This document shows positions 1 to 8,754 of a stretch of 64,000 nucleotides of DNA, piece after piece. Location: NCBI GenBank assembly GCA_964291235.2, contig OZ219816.1:1504001-1568000 (forward strand). Reading direction: 5' to 3'. Origin of the DNA: Vicinamibacteria bacterium (lineage in GTDB: Bacteria > Acidobacteriota > Vicinamibacteria > Marinacidobacterales > Marinacidobacteraceae). The translations under genes were made by a program, and so were the position numbers. Position 1 is the stretch's first letter; each line of letters opens with the position of its first letter. Under the pieces are notes generated by a model. It ran no database searches and had not been told where the DNA came from. It saw nothing but the letters and a program-made list of their open reading frames with translations.

Positions 1-14
1 GCCTCCCGCGGACG

Positions 15-41
15 GTGCCGGCCTGGAGGCCGGCGGTCCCT
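15..41 (-). repeat. REP-like palindrome (GCCGGCCTCCAGGCCGGC core)
   Basis: Same hairpin core recurs at ~6385, 6493, 6690, 29285, 29457, 44331, 54883, 54972, 55170; lies just past the stop of the DUF819 gene. Confidence 0.7.
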
Positions 42-50
42 CCCGGCTCC

Positions 51-1184
51 TCATCCCCCGAGGAGCGTCCGCGCGAGGGTTCCCATCCCGAACCCGAGGT
101 AGTTCCCGAACGCGTAGCCGCCGAGCGCCACCACAATCCCGGGAAGCAGCTTGTCCCCGTAGCCCCGCGCCGTAGCGATCGCCACCGCCGAGGCGGCGCC
201 CCCGATGTTGGCCTGCGACGCCACCACCAGCGTCCCCGCATCGAACTTGAGCAGCCGGCCGATGCCGAAGATCACGAGCCCGTGGATCCCCACCGTGATC
301 AGTGCGTAGAAGAAGAGTGACGGCCCGTAGGCCAGCATCTCGGACACCAGTGATTGCGCCCCGTTCCCGGCCAGGAACAGGTAGAGCAGCGAGTTGCCGA
401 GGACCGGCGCGCCCCGGAGCTTCCGGACGGCCGGGGTGTGGCCGAGAACGAGGGCGATGGTGGTCAGCCACAGCACCGCCGGAATGACCGGCACCGCCGC
501 GGCCAGCAGCGGAGCCGCCATCATCGCGCCCAGGGTGATCGCGGCGAGCCCGAAGAAGTCCATCATCCGGAGGCTCTCACCACTTTCCTTGAGCCGCTGC
601 TCCAGCGTCATCGGAGCATCGCCCTTCCGAACCGGGTTGAGCCCCTGCCCACCGTAGAGCAGCGCCGGGACCACGAGGCAGGTGCCGAGCCAACAGGCGG
701 TGACGATCACGTCCGCGGCCACCGCTCCCGACATGATGTTCGGATCGGTCCCGAAGGCGCTGGCGAGCGCATAGAAGTTCGCCCCGCCGCCGATGTAGGT
801 TCCGGTGAACTGCCCGGTGAGCTTCCAGGTCTCGGGGCCGATGGCGCCGGCGAGCAGGAACGTGGCGATCGCGGTCCCCATCATGGTGCCGGCCGCGCCG
901 AGCCCGAAGGCCCCCAGCATGGGCCTGCCCGCGTCCAGAAGGGTGCGAAGGTCCACGTTGAGGAGCACCAGCACGATCGCCGCGTTCACCCAGATGTTGC
1001 CGAGCTGGTAGTAGGCGTCGGCGTCCCCCGGAAGAAGCCCCGAATTCGACAGGATCATCCCGAAGACGAGGCACATCAGCCCGGCGCTCATGGCGCGGAA
1101 GAAGCGGTAGCGCCCCTCGAGCCACACGGCCAGGAAGACGGCGCCGGCCAGCGCCAGGAAGATGCCGAAGGGATCCTGGATCAC
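51..1184 (-). CDS. DUF819 family multi-pass membrane protein (putative transporter)
   Basis: About 10 hydrophobic segments; motifs GTYIGGGANF and VASQANIGG typical of DUF819. Confidence 0.85.
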   Translation of the reverse strand: MIQDPFGIFLALAGAVFLAVWLEGRYRFFRAMSAGLMCLVFGMILSNSGLLPGDADAYYQLGNIWVNAAIVLVLLNVDLRTLLDAGRPMLGAFGLGAAGTMMGTAIATFLLAGAIGPETWKLTGQFTGTYIGGGANFYALASAFGTDPNIMSGAVAADVIVTACWLGTCLVVPALLYGGQGLNPVRKGDAPMTLEQRLKESGESLRMMDFFGLAAITLGAMMAAPLLAAAVPVIPAVLWLTTIALVLGHTPAVRKLRGAPVLGNSLLYLFLAGNGAQSLVSEMLAYGPSLFFYALITVGIHGLVIFGIGRLLKFDAGTLVVASQANIGGAASAVAIATARGYGDKLLPGIVVALGGYAFGNYLGFGMGTLARTLLGG

Positions 1185-1203
1185 GAGCGGGGCCTCTTCG
1201 GGC

Positions 1204-2319
1204 TCAGCGGATGGCGTCCACCCATGCGCGCACCGGGTTGACGAGTGTCCCGATCCCTTCGGCCCAACAGGCGGCGCTGTCCCCGGGTTTCATGAAAATG
1301 GGTGGAATCCGGGCGTAGCCCACCCCGTCGGGGGTTCCCGTGGCGATCACGTCCCCCGGCCGCAGAATCAGGTTGTGCGAGGCAAACTGGATGAGCTCGG
1401 GGATCTTGTGTTCCATGATGCCGGTATTGGCGTCCTGCATGATCTCGCCGGAGAGGGTGAAGCGGATGTCGAGGTCGTGCGGGTCCGCTACGAACTCGGC
1501 GGGCGTGATGAAGGGGCCGAGGGGGGCGAAGGTCTCGGTGGACTTCCACACCAGCCAGTCGGATCCGTAGCGATCGTCACCGCGACCCTCGCGGTCGCCC
1601 ACGTCGTTCATCATGGTGAATCCGAAGATGTGGGCGCCGGCGTCCCCGGCGTCCACGTCACTCGCCGGCCGGCCGATCACCACCGCGAGTTCGCACTCCC
1701 AGTCCACCATCTCCCGTTCGGGTTTCATCAGGATCGGCTCACCGTGGCCGATGGCGATGCTGCCCGGCTTCATGAAGAGGTACGGATTCTGGCGTCGATC
1801 GCCGGGCTCCCGCTCCCAGAAGTGGTCCATGGAGACCTGTTGGTCGTCGAGCGCCGAGGCGTCCGACATCTCGGCCGCGGCCCCGGTGGTCATCTCCACC
1901 CCGTGCGCCGGGTAGTTCAGGGCGGTCGCCAGGATGAGTCCCGGGCGTACCGGAGGAAAGACATGGAGACCCTCGAGTTCGTGGATCCAGACCGGCCGCT
2001 CGTCGGCGGAGCGTTCGAGCATCGGAACCACCTGCTCCGCGATGGCGTGGACGCGCTCGCGCATGCCGAGATGCCAGCGGCCGGCGAGTTCCTTCATGTC
2101 CTCGGGCATCGGCAGGCGCACCCACATCCGGTTGTGCCGCTCAAGGGAGGCGTTGGCGCTACCCAGATCCACGGCGTACGCGTCGCGCAGCACGATGCCG
2201 AGGAAGGACTCCCCGCGCGCTTCGAAGGTCCCGAGTCGGAAGAGTTCGGCCGCGTTGGCCGAAGGAGGCACCCAGAGCAGCAGCGCGGCGCCGAGCAGCG
2301 CGGCAGGAGTGCTTCTCAT
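1204..2319 (-). CDS. Fumarylacetoacetate hydrolase (FAH) family protein with N-terminal signal peptide
   Basis: Motifs LNYPAH, DWECELAVVIG, MNDV, K-x-x-x-TFAPLGP, LRPGDVIATGTPDGVG; N-terminus ends in ANA. Confidence 0.9.
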   Translation of the reverse strand: MRSTPAALLGAALLLWVPPSANAAELFRLGTFEARGESFLGIVLRDAYAVDLGSANASLERHNRMWVRLPMPEDMKELAGRWHLGMRERVHAIAEQVVPMLERSADERPVWIHELEGLHVFPPVRPGLILATALNYPAHGVEMTTGAAAEMSDASALDDQQVSMDHFWEREPGDRRQNPYLFMKPGSIAIGHGEPILMKPEREMVDWECELAVVIGRPASDVDAGDAGAHIFGFTMMNDVGDREGRGDDRYGSDWLVWKSTETFAPLGPFITPAEFVADPHDLDIRFTLSGEIMQDANTGIMEHKIPELIQFASHNLILRPGDVIATGTPDGVGYARIPPIFMKPGDSAACWAEGIGTLVNPVRAWVDAIR

Positions 2320-2370
2320 GACGGCGCCGGAGTATGGCAGAGGCCGACCGCAGGGGTTCGCTCGCTGGAC

Positions 2371-4068
2371 TCAGGGCCGGAGATCGAGCACCGGGTCCTT
2401 TTCGCCGGTCATTTCCCAGCGCGCCAGGGTGATCGGGATCACTCCCGCGGCGTAGAAACGGTCGAAGAAGTCCTTCACGGTGAAGTCGTCACCCTCCAGT
2501 ACGGCCACTTCGGCGAGCAGCTCCTCGATCTGGATCTTCCCCACTACGTAGCTTGTCCCGTAGCCAGGCTGGCGCAGGTAGAGGCTCTGCTCGCCGCGCA
2601 CCAGCGCGCCCTCGGTAAGCCAGCCGCGCGGTGTCCACTTCATCGCGAAGGCCACGGCCTCCTCCATCTCGAAGTCACCGCTATGGAGACGGAGGCCGCT
2701 GAGGGCGCGGGCGGCGCGTTGGGCGAGCATGATCCAGGTCAGCTCCCGCGATCGCGGCGAACCGTCGAGCAGACCGAGGTGCATGAACATCTCCTCGACG
2801 CCGGTGGCGAGTCCCTCCGAGCGGATCGCGTAGATGTTGGACAGCGACGGCACCGCGCGGACGGGGCTCAGGTGGGGAGCGTCCCGCATCGCCGCCAGCT
2901 CGATCCAGTGGTGCATGTGCGGCCGGAAGGCGTCCGGGTCACGGTAGCTCACCTCGTTGAAGAAGTTCCGGAGGTCATCCGGGTTTTCGAGCGGCTGGAA
3001 GGCGCCGTTGACCGCCCTCAGCGCCGGATCCATGAAGTCCTCGATGCTCTGGATCTCCTCCCGCTCCAGGAACTCCATGTAGCGGTCCACGGACTCGTTG
3101 AGCCGCCGGTCGAACTCCTCGGGAGAAGCGATCCGCTCCAGCTCCGGAAGGTGCCGGTTGCGGTTCTCCTCGAGGCGCATCGAGGAGTGGGAACGGGCCA
3201 GCTCCCGCTCGATGAGGGTCACGATCTCCTCCCAGGACCAGGGCAGCAGATGCACGTGCTGCATGAGCCAGGTGTAGTTGTCCGCCCCCACACCCGAGGG
3301 GCCCGTCTTCTGGTCCGCCTCGGCCTCGAGGAACTCCCGGAAATCCACGCTGGCGGCGTGGGCGGCCTCCACCGCCGCGTCGAGTTCGGCGCTCGTCCCC
3401 GCGACCCGCTCACCGAAGGCGGCGAGGGCGGCGGCCTGGTTCCGGAAGTAGCGAAATCCACCAAGCCACAGATCCCGGGCGTTCGACGCGGCGAGGTTCT
3501 CCCGGGCCTGCGCCAGGACGCCGGGGACGGTCCCGATCCGCTGCGCCAGTTCCGCGGCGTCCGCGTCGGAGAGTGGGTATTCGTAGGTCCAGAGATCGAT
3601 GAACCCGTGCATCACCGGCCCTTCGTGCGCCGGGACATCGCTCTGGGCCGCGAAGATCTGTACGTAAAACCCCGGATCCCGGGCCCAGGGCCTCCGCACT
3701 CGGTGGTCGAAGTCGAGCCCGTTCATCTCGCCGCGCAGCAGGTGCCAGTCCACCTGCTCGGCGATGGACCAGCTCCCGGGAGCGAGCGCGTCGAGCCGGG
3801 CGCGCCAGGCGGGTAGCTCCGCGTGCTGGCGACCCATCGCCGCCGCGCTGTAGTCCGGGACGCCGTCCCGAAACTCGGGACGCTCGAATTCCCGCCACTC
3901 CTCGAAGAGAGCCACGAGGTCGGCGTGGGCGCCCGGCTCGCCGGCCGGCGCCGGCGGCGGCTCGGCGCCGCAGCCGGCGAGCAATCCACCGAGAATCACA
4001 AGCAATGACAGCGGCCACCGCTCGCGCTCGGGCGGCGACGCCCATGGGGACGCGAAAGGTGCATTCAT
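2371..4068 (-). CDS. DUF885 family lipoprotein
   Basis: Lipobox LAGC; C-terminal SEGLAT..EE, YLRQPGYGTSYVVGK, FFDRF..AGVIP motifs; start codon uncertain. Confidence 0.75.
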   Translation of the reverse strand: MNAPFASPWASPPERERWPLSLLVILGGLLAGCGAEPPPAPAGEPGAHADLVALFEEWREFERPEFRDGVPDYSAAAMGRQHAELPAWRARLDALAPGSWSIAEQVDWHLLRGEMNGLDFDHRVRRPWARDPGFYVQIFAAQSDVPAHEGPVMHGFIDLWTYEYPLSDADAAELAQRIGTVPGVLAQARENLAASNARDLWLGGFRYFRNQAAALAAFGERVAGTSAELDAAVEAAHAASVDFREFLEAEADQKTGPSGVGADNYTWLMQHVHLLPWSWEEIVTLIERELARSHSSMRLEENRNRHLPELERIASPEEFDRRLNESVDRYMEFLEREEIQSIEDFMDPALRAVNGAFQPLENPDDLRNFFNEVSYRDPDAFRPHMHHWIELAAMRDAPHLSPVRAVPSLSNIYAIRSEGLATGVEEMFMHLGLLDGSPRSRELTWIMLAQRAARALSGLRLHSGDFEMEEAVAFAMKWTPRGWLTEGALVRGEQSLYLRQPGYGTSYVVGKIQIEELLAEVAVLEGDDFTVKDFFDRFYAAGVIPITLARWEMTGEKDPVLDLRP

Positions 4069-4132
4069 GGAGGGCCTCCTGAAGGCCGCCATCGTACGCG
4101 CCCCGGCGCGGCCCGTCGAAGGCCGCCGGCTG

Positions 4133-5272
4133 CTAGACGAGGGACCGCAGCAGGTGCAGGAAGCGTTCGATGTCGTCCCGGCGGTGGTAATGGCCGAGCG
4201 AGGCGCGCACGACGCCGTCTTCCGGGTTCACCCCGAGCGCTTCGAGCGTCGCCCTGGATCCGAGATCTCCGGTACTCACCTGAACTCCGCCGTCCCGGAT
4301 CGCGGCGCCCAGCTCCTCTGCGCTCGTGCCTTCGGCGGTGAACGTGAACGTCGGAATCCGGTAGGCCGCGCGCCGGGGATCGTCTTCTCCCAGGAGCGAG
4401 ATCCCCTTGACACGCGACAGGCCCCGGAGCATGAGACGGCTGAGGATGCGTTCCTCCTGGCGGATGCTCTGCATTCCCTTACGCATGGGTTCGCGGCGAC
4501 CGAAGCGTTCCGAGGGGGGCGCCACGGGAGCGGCCTCGACGCTCCCGAGCCGCTCGGCGTAGGACACGGCGCGGGCGAGGCCCGCCAGCGTATTCGGCGA
4601 AACGGCTCCATTCCGGGAGGCATCGGCGCCGGCAAGGCGGCGTGCCCAGAGCATCGCGCCGCGGGCGCCGAACAGTTCTTCCCCATTCGCGATGACGGCG
4701 CCGCACCGGAGATTCCGGATGTCGAGCGACCCGTGCGGGACGAAGTGACTCGCTTCGGTGACGAGCAACGCCCCCGTCCCCGCCAGTAGTTGGGCGACCG
4801 GGATGACCTCGTTGAGTGATCCCGTGACGGGACACGCCTTGGTGAGCAGCACGAGCCGCGTTCGATCGTCGAGCACGGCCTCGAGGTCGCGAAGCAGGAC
4901 CCGGCCTTGCCGGCGCGGCCGCCAGTCCGATACCGCGACCCCCGCCGGGAGCGCGCTTCGCCACACCGCCCGGCGGTCGTCCGGCTCGGACTGGGAGAGC
5001 ACCACCCGGTCGCCGGCCCGGAGTCCGAGAGAACGAACGAGTCGGCGCACCAGCGCCTCGTAGTCCTCACCGACCGCGATCTGTTCCTCTGCCCAGTCCA
5101 CGTTCGAATTCCAGAACCACGCCAGGTCCGCGCGCAGATTCGCCTCCGCCGACGCATCGGCTCCCACCGGCCGGGGCAACAAGGTGCGGGGGACGCCCAC
5201 CGCGTCGAAATCAAGCCGTCCCGCCTCCGGCGGGACGAACGATTGGGCAATGTCGATATCGGAAAGATGCAT
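4133..5272 (-). CDS. Class V aminotransferase / cysteine desulfurase-like protein with degenerate PLP site
   Basis: Fold motifs LDDRTRLV, H-F-V-P-H-G-S-L-D-I, RIPTFTF, GVVRASLGHY; the S-x-x-K motif reads NGEE. Confidence 0.8.
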   Translation of the reverse strand: MHLSDIDIAQSFVPPEAGRLDFDAVGVPRTLLPRPVGADASAEANLRADLAWFWNSNVDWAEEQIAVGEDYEALVRRLVRSLGLRAGDRVVLSQSEPDDRRAVWRSALPAGVAVSDWRPRRQGRVLLRDLEAVLDDRTRLVLLTKACPVTGSLNEVIPVAQLLAGTGALLVTEASHFVPHGSLDIRNLRCGAVIANGEELFGARGAMLWARRLAGADASRNGAVSPNTLAGLARAVSYAERLGSVEAAPVAPPSERFGRREPMRKGMQSIRQEERILSRLMLRGLSRVKGISLLGEDDPRRAAYRIPTFTFTAEGTSAEELGAAIRDGGVQVSTGDLGSRATLEALGVNPEDGVVRASLGHYHRRDDIERFLHLLRSLV

Positions 5273-5351
5273 GGAAAAGTGGCCTCCGGGGCCGGGAACG
5301 GCCGCCACCCCCGTTTAGGATACGCGCCAGAATCGGACAACGGGAGGTTGG

Positions 5352-6281
5352 ATGCCGCAGTTCCCTCAGTTCCCGGGTAACGAACCCGTCTTCTGGGTAC
5401 GCACCGGAAGCCGGGGGATCGTCTCCGTCACCGGGGCGGACCGGATCGCATTCCTCACCCGCATCATGTCCGGAGCCCTGCCGGCCGCCCCCGGCGCCGC
5501 TCGGACCGCGCTTCTCGGCCCGAAGGGGAACGTGATCGCGGCCGCCATCGCCACGGCGACCAGCAAGACGGTATTCCTCGAGTGCGAACGGAGCCGGGAG
5601 CACGCACTCGCCGCCGCGCTCGACCGTTACCGGATTGCAGACGATGTGGAAATCTCGCTCCCGGAACGTGACGGCTTCGAGATTCTGGTAACCGATGCCG
5701 CTCCCACCCCGGAAGAGCCCGACCTCGCGCCGCCGGGGTGGGTTCTGGAAACCGGCGCCGGTTTCATGCGCCGGGACTTCCGCCCCTGGTCGGCGACCAC
5801 GATCCTTCATCTTGGCGTTCAGGCTCGTGGCCAGGTCTCGTTCCAGGAATTGATGCTCGACGACGGCGCGGCGGTCGAATCGTCGCCGGCCGAACAGGAG
5901 TACCTCCGGATTCTCGCGGGCGAACCCCGCTGGGGCGCCGAACTGGACGAGCGTTCCCTGCCCCTCCAGAGCGGACTCACCGCCCACGCCCGCCTCGGCA
6001 AGGGTTGCTATATCGGGCAGGAGTACGTGGCGCGCCAGGCCCACCGCGGCCGGATCCCGCGGTTACTGCGTCGCCTCGATTTCGAGGAGGGGACGCCGGA
6101 GGCCGGTAGCGAGATCGTGTTCACAGGGGTCACGGCCGGCCGGATCAGCAGCGAGGCGAAGCGGCCCGCCGGCTGGGGTGGTCCGGCCGCGGTCGCGCTC
6201 GCCACGCTTTCCGCCGACATTGCCCCCGGCGCCACCGTCGAGGTCCATCCCGGACTCAGCGCCCGCGTCGCGGACATCTGA
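5352..6281 (+). CDS. ygfZ: Folate-binding Fe-S assembly/repair protein YgfZ (GcvT-like)
   Basis: Signature KGCYIGQE; N-terminal VTGADRIAFL; GGAGG RBS upstream. Confidence 0.92.
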   Translation: MPQFPQFPGNEPVFWVRTGSRGIVSVTGADRIAFLTRIMSGALPAAPGAARTALLGPKGNVIAAAIATATSKTVFLECERSREHALAAALDRYRIADDVEISLPERDGFEILVTDAAPTPEEPDLAPPGWVLETGAGFMRRDFRPWSATTILHLGVQARGQVSFQELMLDDGAAVESSPAEQEYLRILAGEPRWGAELDERSLPLQSGLTAHARLGKGCYIGQEYVARQAHRGRIPRLLRRLDFEEGTPEAGSEIVFTGVTAGRISSEAKRPAGWGGPAAVALATLSADIAPGATVEVHPGLSARVADI

Positions 6282-6292
6282 GCCCCCCGGCG

Positions 6293-6721
6293 CGGCCGGC
6301 ATCGCAACCCCAGGCCGCAAAACTTCCAGACCTATTCGTCTTCACCTCCCGGACCCAATCCGTGACGGCGAAGACGCCGCGAGCGTAGGAGCGCCGGCCT
6401 CCGGCCGGCATCGCGGCCCCAGGCCGCGAACTCCCAAACCTATTCGTCCTCACGTCCGGGACCCAATCCGTGGCGGCAAAGTCGCCGCGAGCGTAGGAGC
6501 GCCGGCCTCCGGCCGGCATCGCGGCCCCAGGCCGCGAAACTCCCAGACTCAATCGTCCCCGACGGCGCCAACCAAAACGGGGACGGCGCACCGCCGTACA
6601 AGCCCGAAAGTGGCGCAGCGCCACCCTGCCGGGCCGCGGCGCCATCCCGACGGATCCCGTTGGGGAGGTTTCGCCCGCTGCGCGGGCGGCGCCAGCCTGG
6701 AGGCTGGCCCATTTCTCCCGG
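6293..6721. repeat. REP/REPIN-like cluster: ~108-109 bp tandem units plus a ~225 bp inverted doublet
   Basis: CGGCCGGCATCGC at 6293, 6402, 6510; GTAGGAGCGCCGGCCTCCGGCCGGCA at 6385 and 6493; 6493-6721 aligns with reverse complement of 54972-55196. Confidence 0.85.
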
Positions 6722-6848
6722 TGAGGGTTCCTGGCCGCGAAACGCACCTACCGCCCCTCCGGCCGAATCCGTTATCGACCGGAGCCGCCATCCCCGATCC
6801 CCGATATCGACCGGAGCTCCCGCCGGCCGCCCGCCGGGAGGGCGGCGT

Positions 6849-6893
6849 TTGACGCGGCCCACTCGGTGCACCACAATGGTGCATCATGGTGCA
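6849..6893 (+). promoter_or_regulatory. Sigma70-type promoter with overlapping palindromic operator
   Basis: TTGACG (6849-6854)-N17-CACAAT (6872-6877); perfect IR TGCACCA-CAA-TGGTGCA (6867-6883) and extra half-site TGGTGCA (6887-6893). Confidence 0.7.
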
Positions 6894-7113
6894 ATCCGGT
6901 GACGGTGGCCCTCGCGGCGCATCGGTCGCGGTCCGTCGCGTCTCGGTCTCGTTCGACCGCGGGGACTACGACGAACTCGTCCGGATCGCCGCCGAAAAGC
7001 GCGTCTCCCTCGCCTGGGTGGTCCGGGACGCGGTAGCCGCCTACATCTTCCGGCGCGGGCCGCTGTTCCGGCAGCCGCCCCACAGTCGGCGCGGGCGGAG
7101 GGATCCGGAATGA
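6886..7113 (+). CDS. Ribbon-helix-helix (CopG-like) transcriptional regulator
   Basis: RVSVSF beta strand followed by YDELVRIAAEKRVSLAWVVRDAVAAY helices. Confidence 0.8.
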   Translation: MVQSGDGGPRGASVAVRRVSVSFDRGDYDELVRIAAEKRVSLAWVVRDAVAAYIFRRGPLFRQPPHSRRGRRDPE

Positions 7114-7139
7114 CCGTCTCCCGTCTCCGTCCCCCTCGG

Positions 7140-7173
7140 GGTGTCACCTTCTGGCGCACTGACGTCCGAGAAT
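7140..7173 (+). promoter_or_regulatory. Putative WYL-activator-type promoter upstream of rmuC
   Basis: GGTGTCA-N5-TGGCGCA then N10 from TGGCGC to GAGAAT; same architecture repeated at 8555-8588. Confidence 0.45.
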
Positions 7174-7180
7174 GCGCCCC

Positions 7181-8389
7181 ATGACCGTCACCACTCTCGT
7201 CCTCGCCCTGCTCGCGGCGGGCCTGGTCGCCGCCACCTTCTATTTCGTCGGAGTCCGGACGGGTGAGCGGCTCGGCCGCGACCAGACCCGCTCCGACCTC
7301 GACCAGATCGCCCGCGCCGCGGCGGCCGAGAGCAACGAGCAGGCCCGGGCTGCCTACGAACACGTCACCGGCCAGGCCGTGGAACGTCTCCAGGCCGCGA
7401 CCCGGACCGACCGGGAACTCGGCCAGGCGAAGTTCGCCGAGACCGCCGCTCCCCTGCAGGAGTCGCTCGCCAAGGTGGAAACACTCACCCGCGAGCTGGA
7501 GAAGAAACGGGCGAACGATCACGGCGCGCTCCAGGAACTGACCCGCAGCCTTTCCGCGCAGGTCGAAACCGTGCGCGACAGCAGCCGCTCGCTCCTCGAC
7601 GCGCTGAAGGGCGACCGTCAGGCCCGCGGCCGCTGGGGCGAAATCCAGCTCGAAAACCTCATCGAGTCGGTGGGGCTCAATCCGCACTGCGACTTCGAGA
7701 CCCAGACCGGCCGGAATGGTTCCCGTCCGGACCTGCTGCTGAATCTGCCGAACGGGGCGTTCCTGCCAGTGGATTCCAAGGTTCCCCTTGACGACTACCT
7801 CACGGCCACCGACGTGCGTTCCCCGGAACTTCAGGACGCCGCCTACGCGAAGCACGCCCAGCGCGTCAAGGCGCACGCCGACGCGCTCTCCCGGCGGAAC
7901 TATCCGGACAAGGTCGGCGATGGCCCACCGTTCACGGTGATGTTCCTGCCCATCGAATCCCTGCTCTCGGAGGCGATCCGCCAGGAGCCCGATCTCCTGC
8001 AGTTCGCAGCCGATCGGAGGGTGGTCCTCGCCACCCCGCACACGCTCCTCGGGCTGCTCTGGAGCGTCGCCGCCATGTGGCGGAACGAGACCAGCACCCG
8101 AAACGCCGAAGAGATGCGGAAGGCAGGCCTCGCACTCGAAAAGCGCCTCGAGATCTTTCTCGGCCACTTCGCGGACGTCGGAACCCAGCTCGCCAAAACG
8201 AACGCGGTGTACAACGCCGCCGCCGGGTCGGCCGAATCGCGCCTGACTCCGCACCTTCGCCGACTCCGCGAGTTGGGCGGCCAGGCCGAAGAGACCCCCG
8301 GCGACAAGCTCCCGAAGCCCGTCGAGGTGGCGCCCCGCCGCCTCTTCGCGGACGACGTGGACATGGTCGCCGCTCGCGAACTCATGTAG
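7181..8389 (+). CDS. rmuC: DNA recombination protein RmuC
   Basis: N-terminal TM helix, coiled coil, RGRWGEIQL, RPD..LNLP, VDSKVP, VMFLP.E, ATPHTL motifs; alternative start 7172. Confidence 0.95.
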   Translation: MTVTTLVLALLAAGLVAATFYFVGVRTGERLGRDQTRSDLDQIARAAAAESNEQARAAYEHVTGQAVERLQAATRTDRELGQAKFAETAAPLQESLAKVETLTRELEKKRANDHGALQELTRSLSAQVETVRDSSRSLLDALKGDRQARGRWGEIQLENLIESVGLNPHCDFETQTGRNGSRPDLLLNLPNGAFLPVDSKVPLDDYLTATDVRSPELQDAAYAKHAQRVKAHADALSRRNYPDKVGDGPPFTVMFLPIESLLSEAIRQEPDLLQFAADRRVVLATPHTLLGLLWSVAAMWRNETSTRNAEEMRKAGLALEKRLEIFLGHFADVGTQLAKTNAVYNAAAGSAESRLTPHLRRLRELGGQAEETPGDKLPKPVEVAPRRLFADDVDMVAARELM

Positions 8390-8550
8390 CGGCGGCCCGG
8401 GCAGCCGCCCGCCGGCCGCGCCCCAGACCGGCCACCAGACCGGCCACCGGGCCGGCCCGCGCGGCCGAGCGCCACCGGGCCAGCCGCGGAAGCCGGTCCG
8501 GTGGCGCGCCGCTCCGGATCCGGCAATGGATCGGAAGCGCGGCGCCCTTT

Positions 8551-8742
8551 TCGGGGTGACGACTTCTGGCGCAGGCGGCGGTCATCCTCTTGCCCATGAC
8601 GATCCTCGCGCTCCTCCTGGCCCTCCTGGCGTCCGTCGTGGTTCCCGGCGGCTTCTACCTGGCGAGCCTCACGCCCGCAGGTGGGTCGCCGGGCGACGCG
8701 GCTTCCCCCCCGTCCCCACACACACGACCTTGGCCGTTCTGA
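8551..8742 (+). pseudogene. Remnant of a second rmuC-like 5' end with its promoter (48-aa ORF 8596-8742)
   Basis: Upstream motif 45 nt before ATG as for rmuC; MTILALLLALLASVVVPGGFY aligns with RmuC MTVTTLVLALLAAGLVAATFY, then diverges. Confidence 0.6.
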
Positions 8743-8754
8743 CACCATAGCCCC

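Noticed and set aside
1162-3816. 884-aa plus-strand ORF and similar long antisense ORFs (e.g. 34950-37094, 48587-50398)
   Set aside because: Shadow frames of well-supported opposite-strand genes in high-GC DNA; no motifs
5323-5341. Third copy of the rmuC promoter motif (GTTGTCC-GATTC-TGGCGCG, minus strand)
   Set aside because: No -10 element at the N10 spacing; better explained by overlapping divergent -10 elements
6293-6549. Possible CRISPR array
   Set aside because: The intervening segments are near-identical, the period is ~108 bp and there are no cas genes; it is a REP-type tandem repeat
6740-6874. Methyltransferase remnant divergent from the RHH gene (LRSITDSAGG)
   Set aside because: Only vague similarity to motif I; no other motifs
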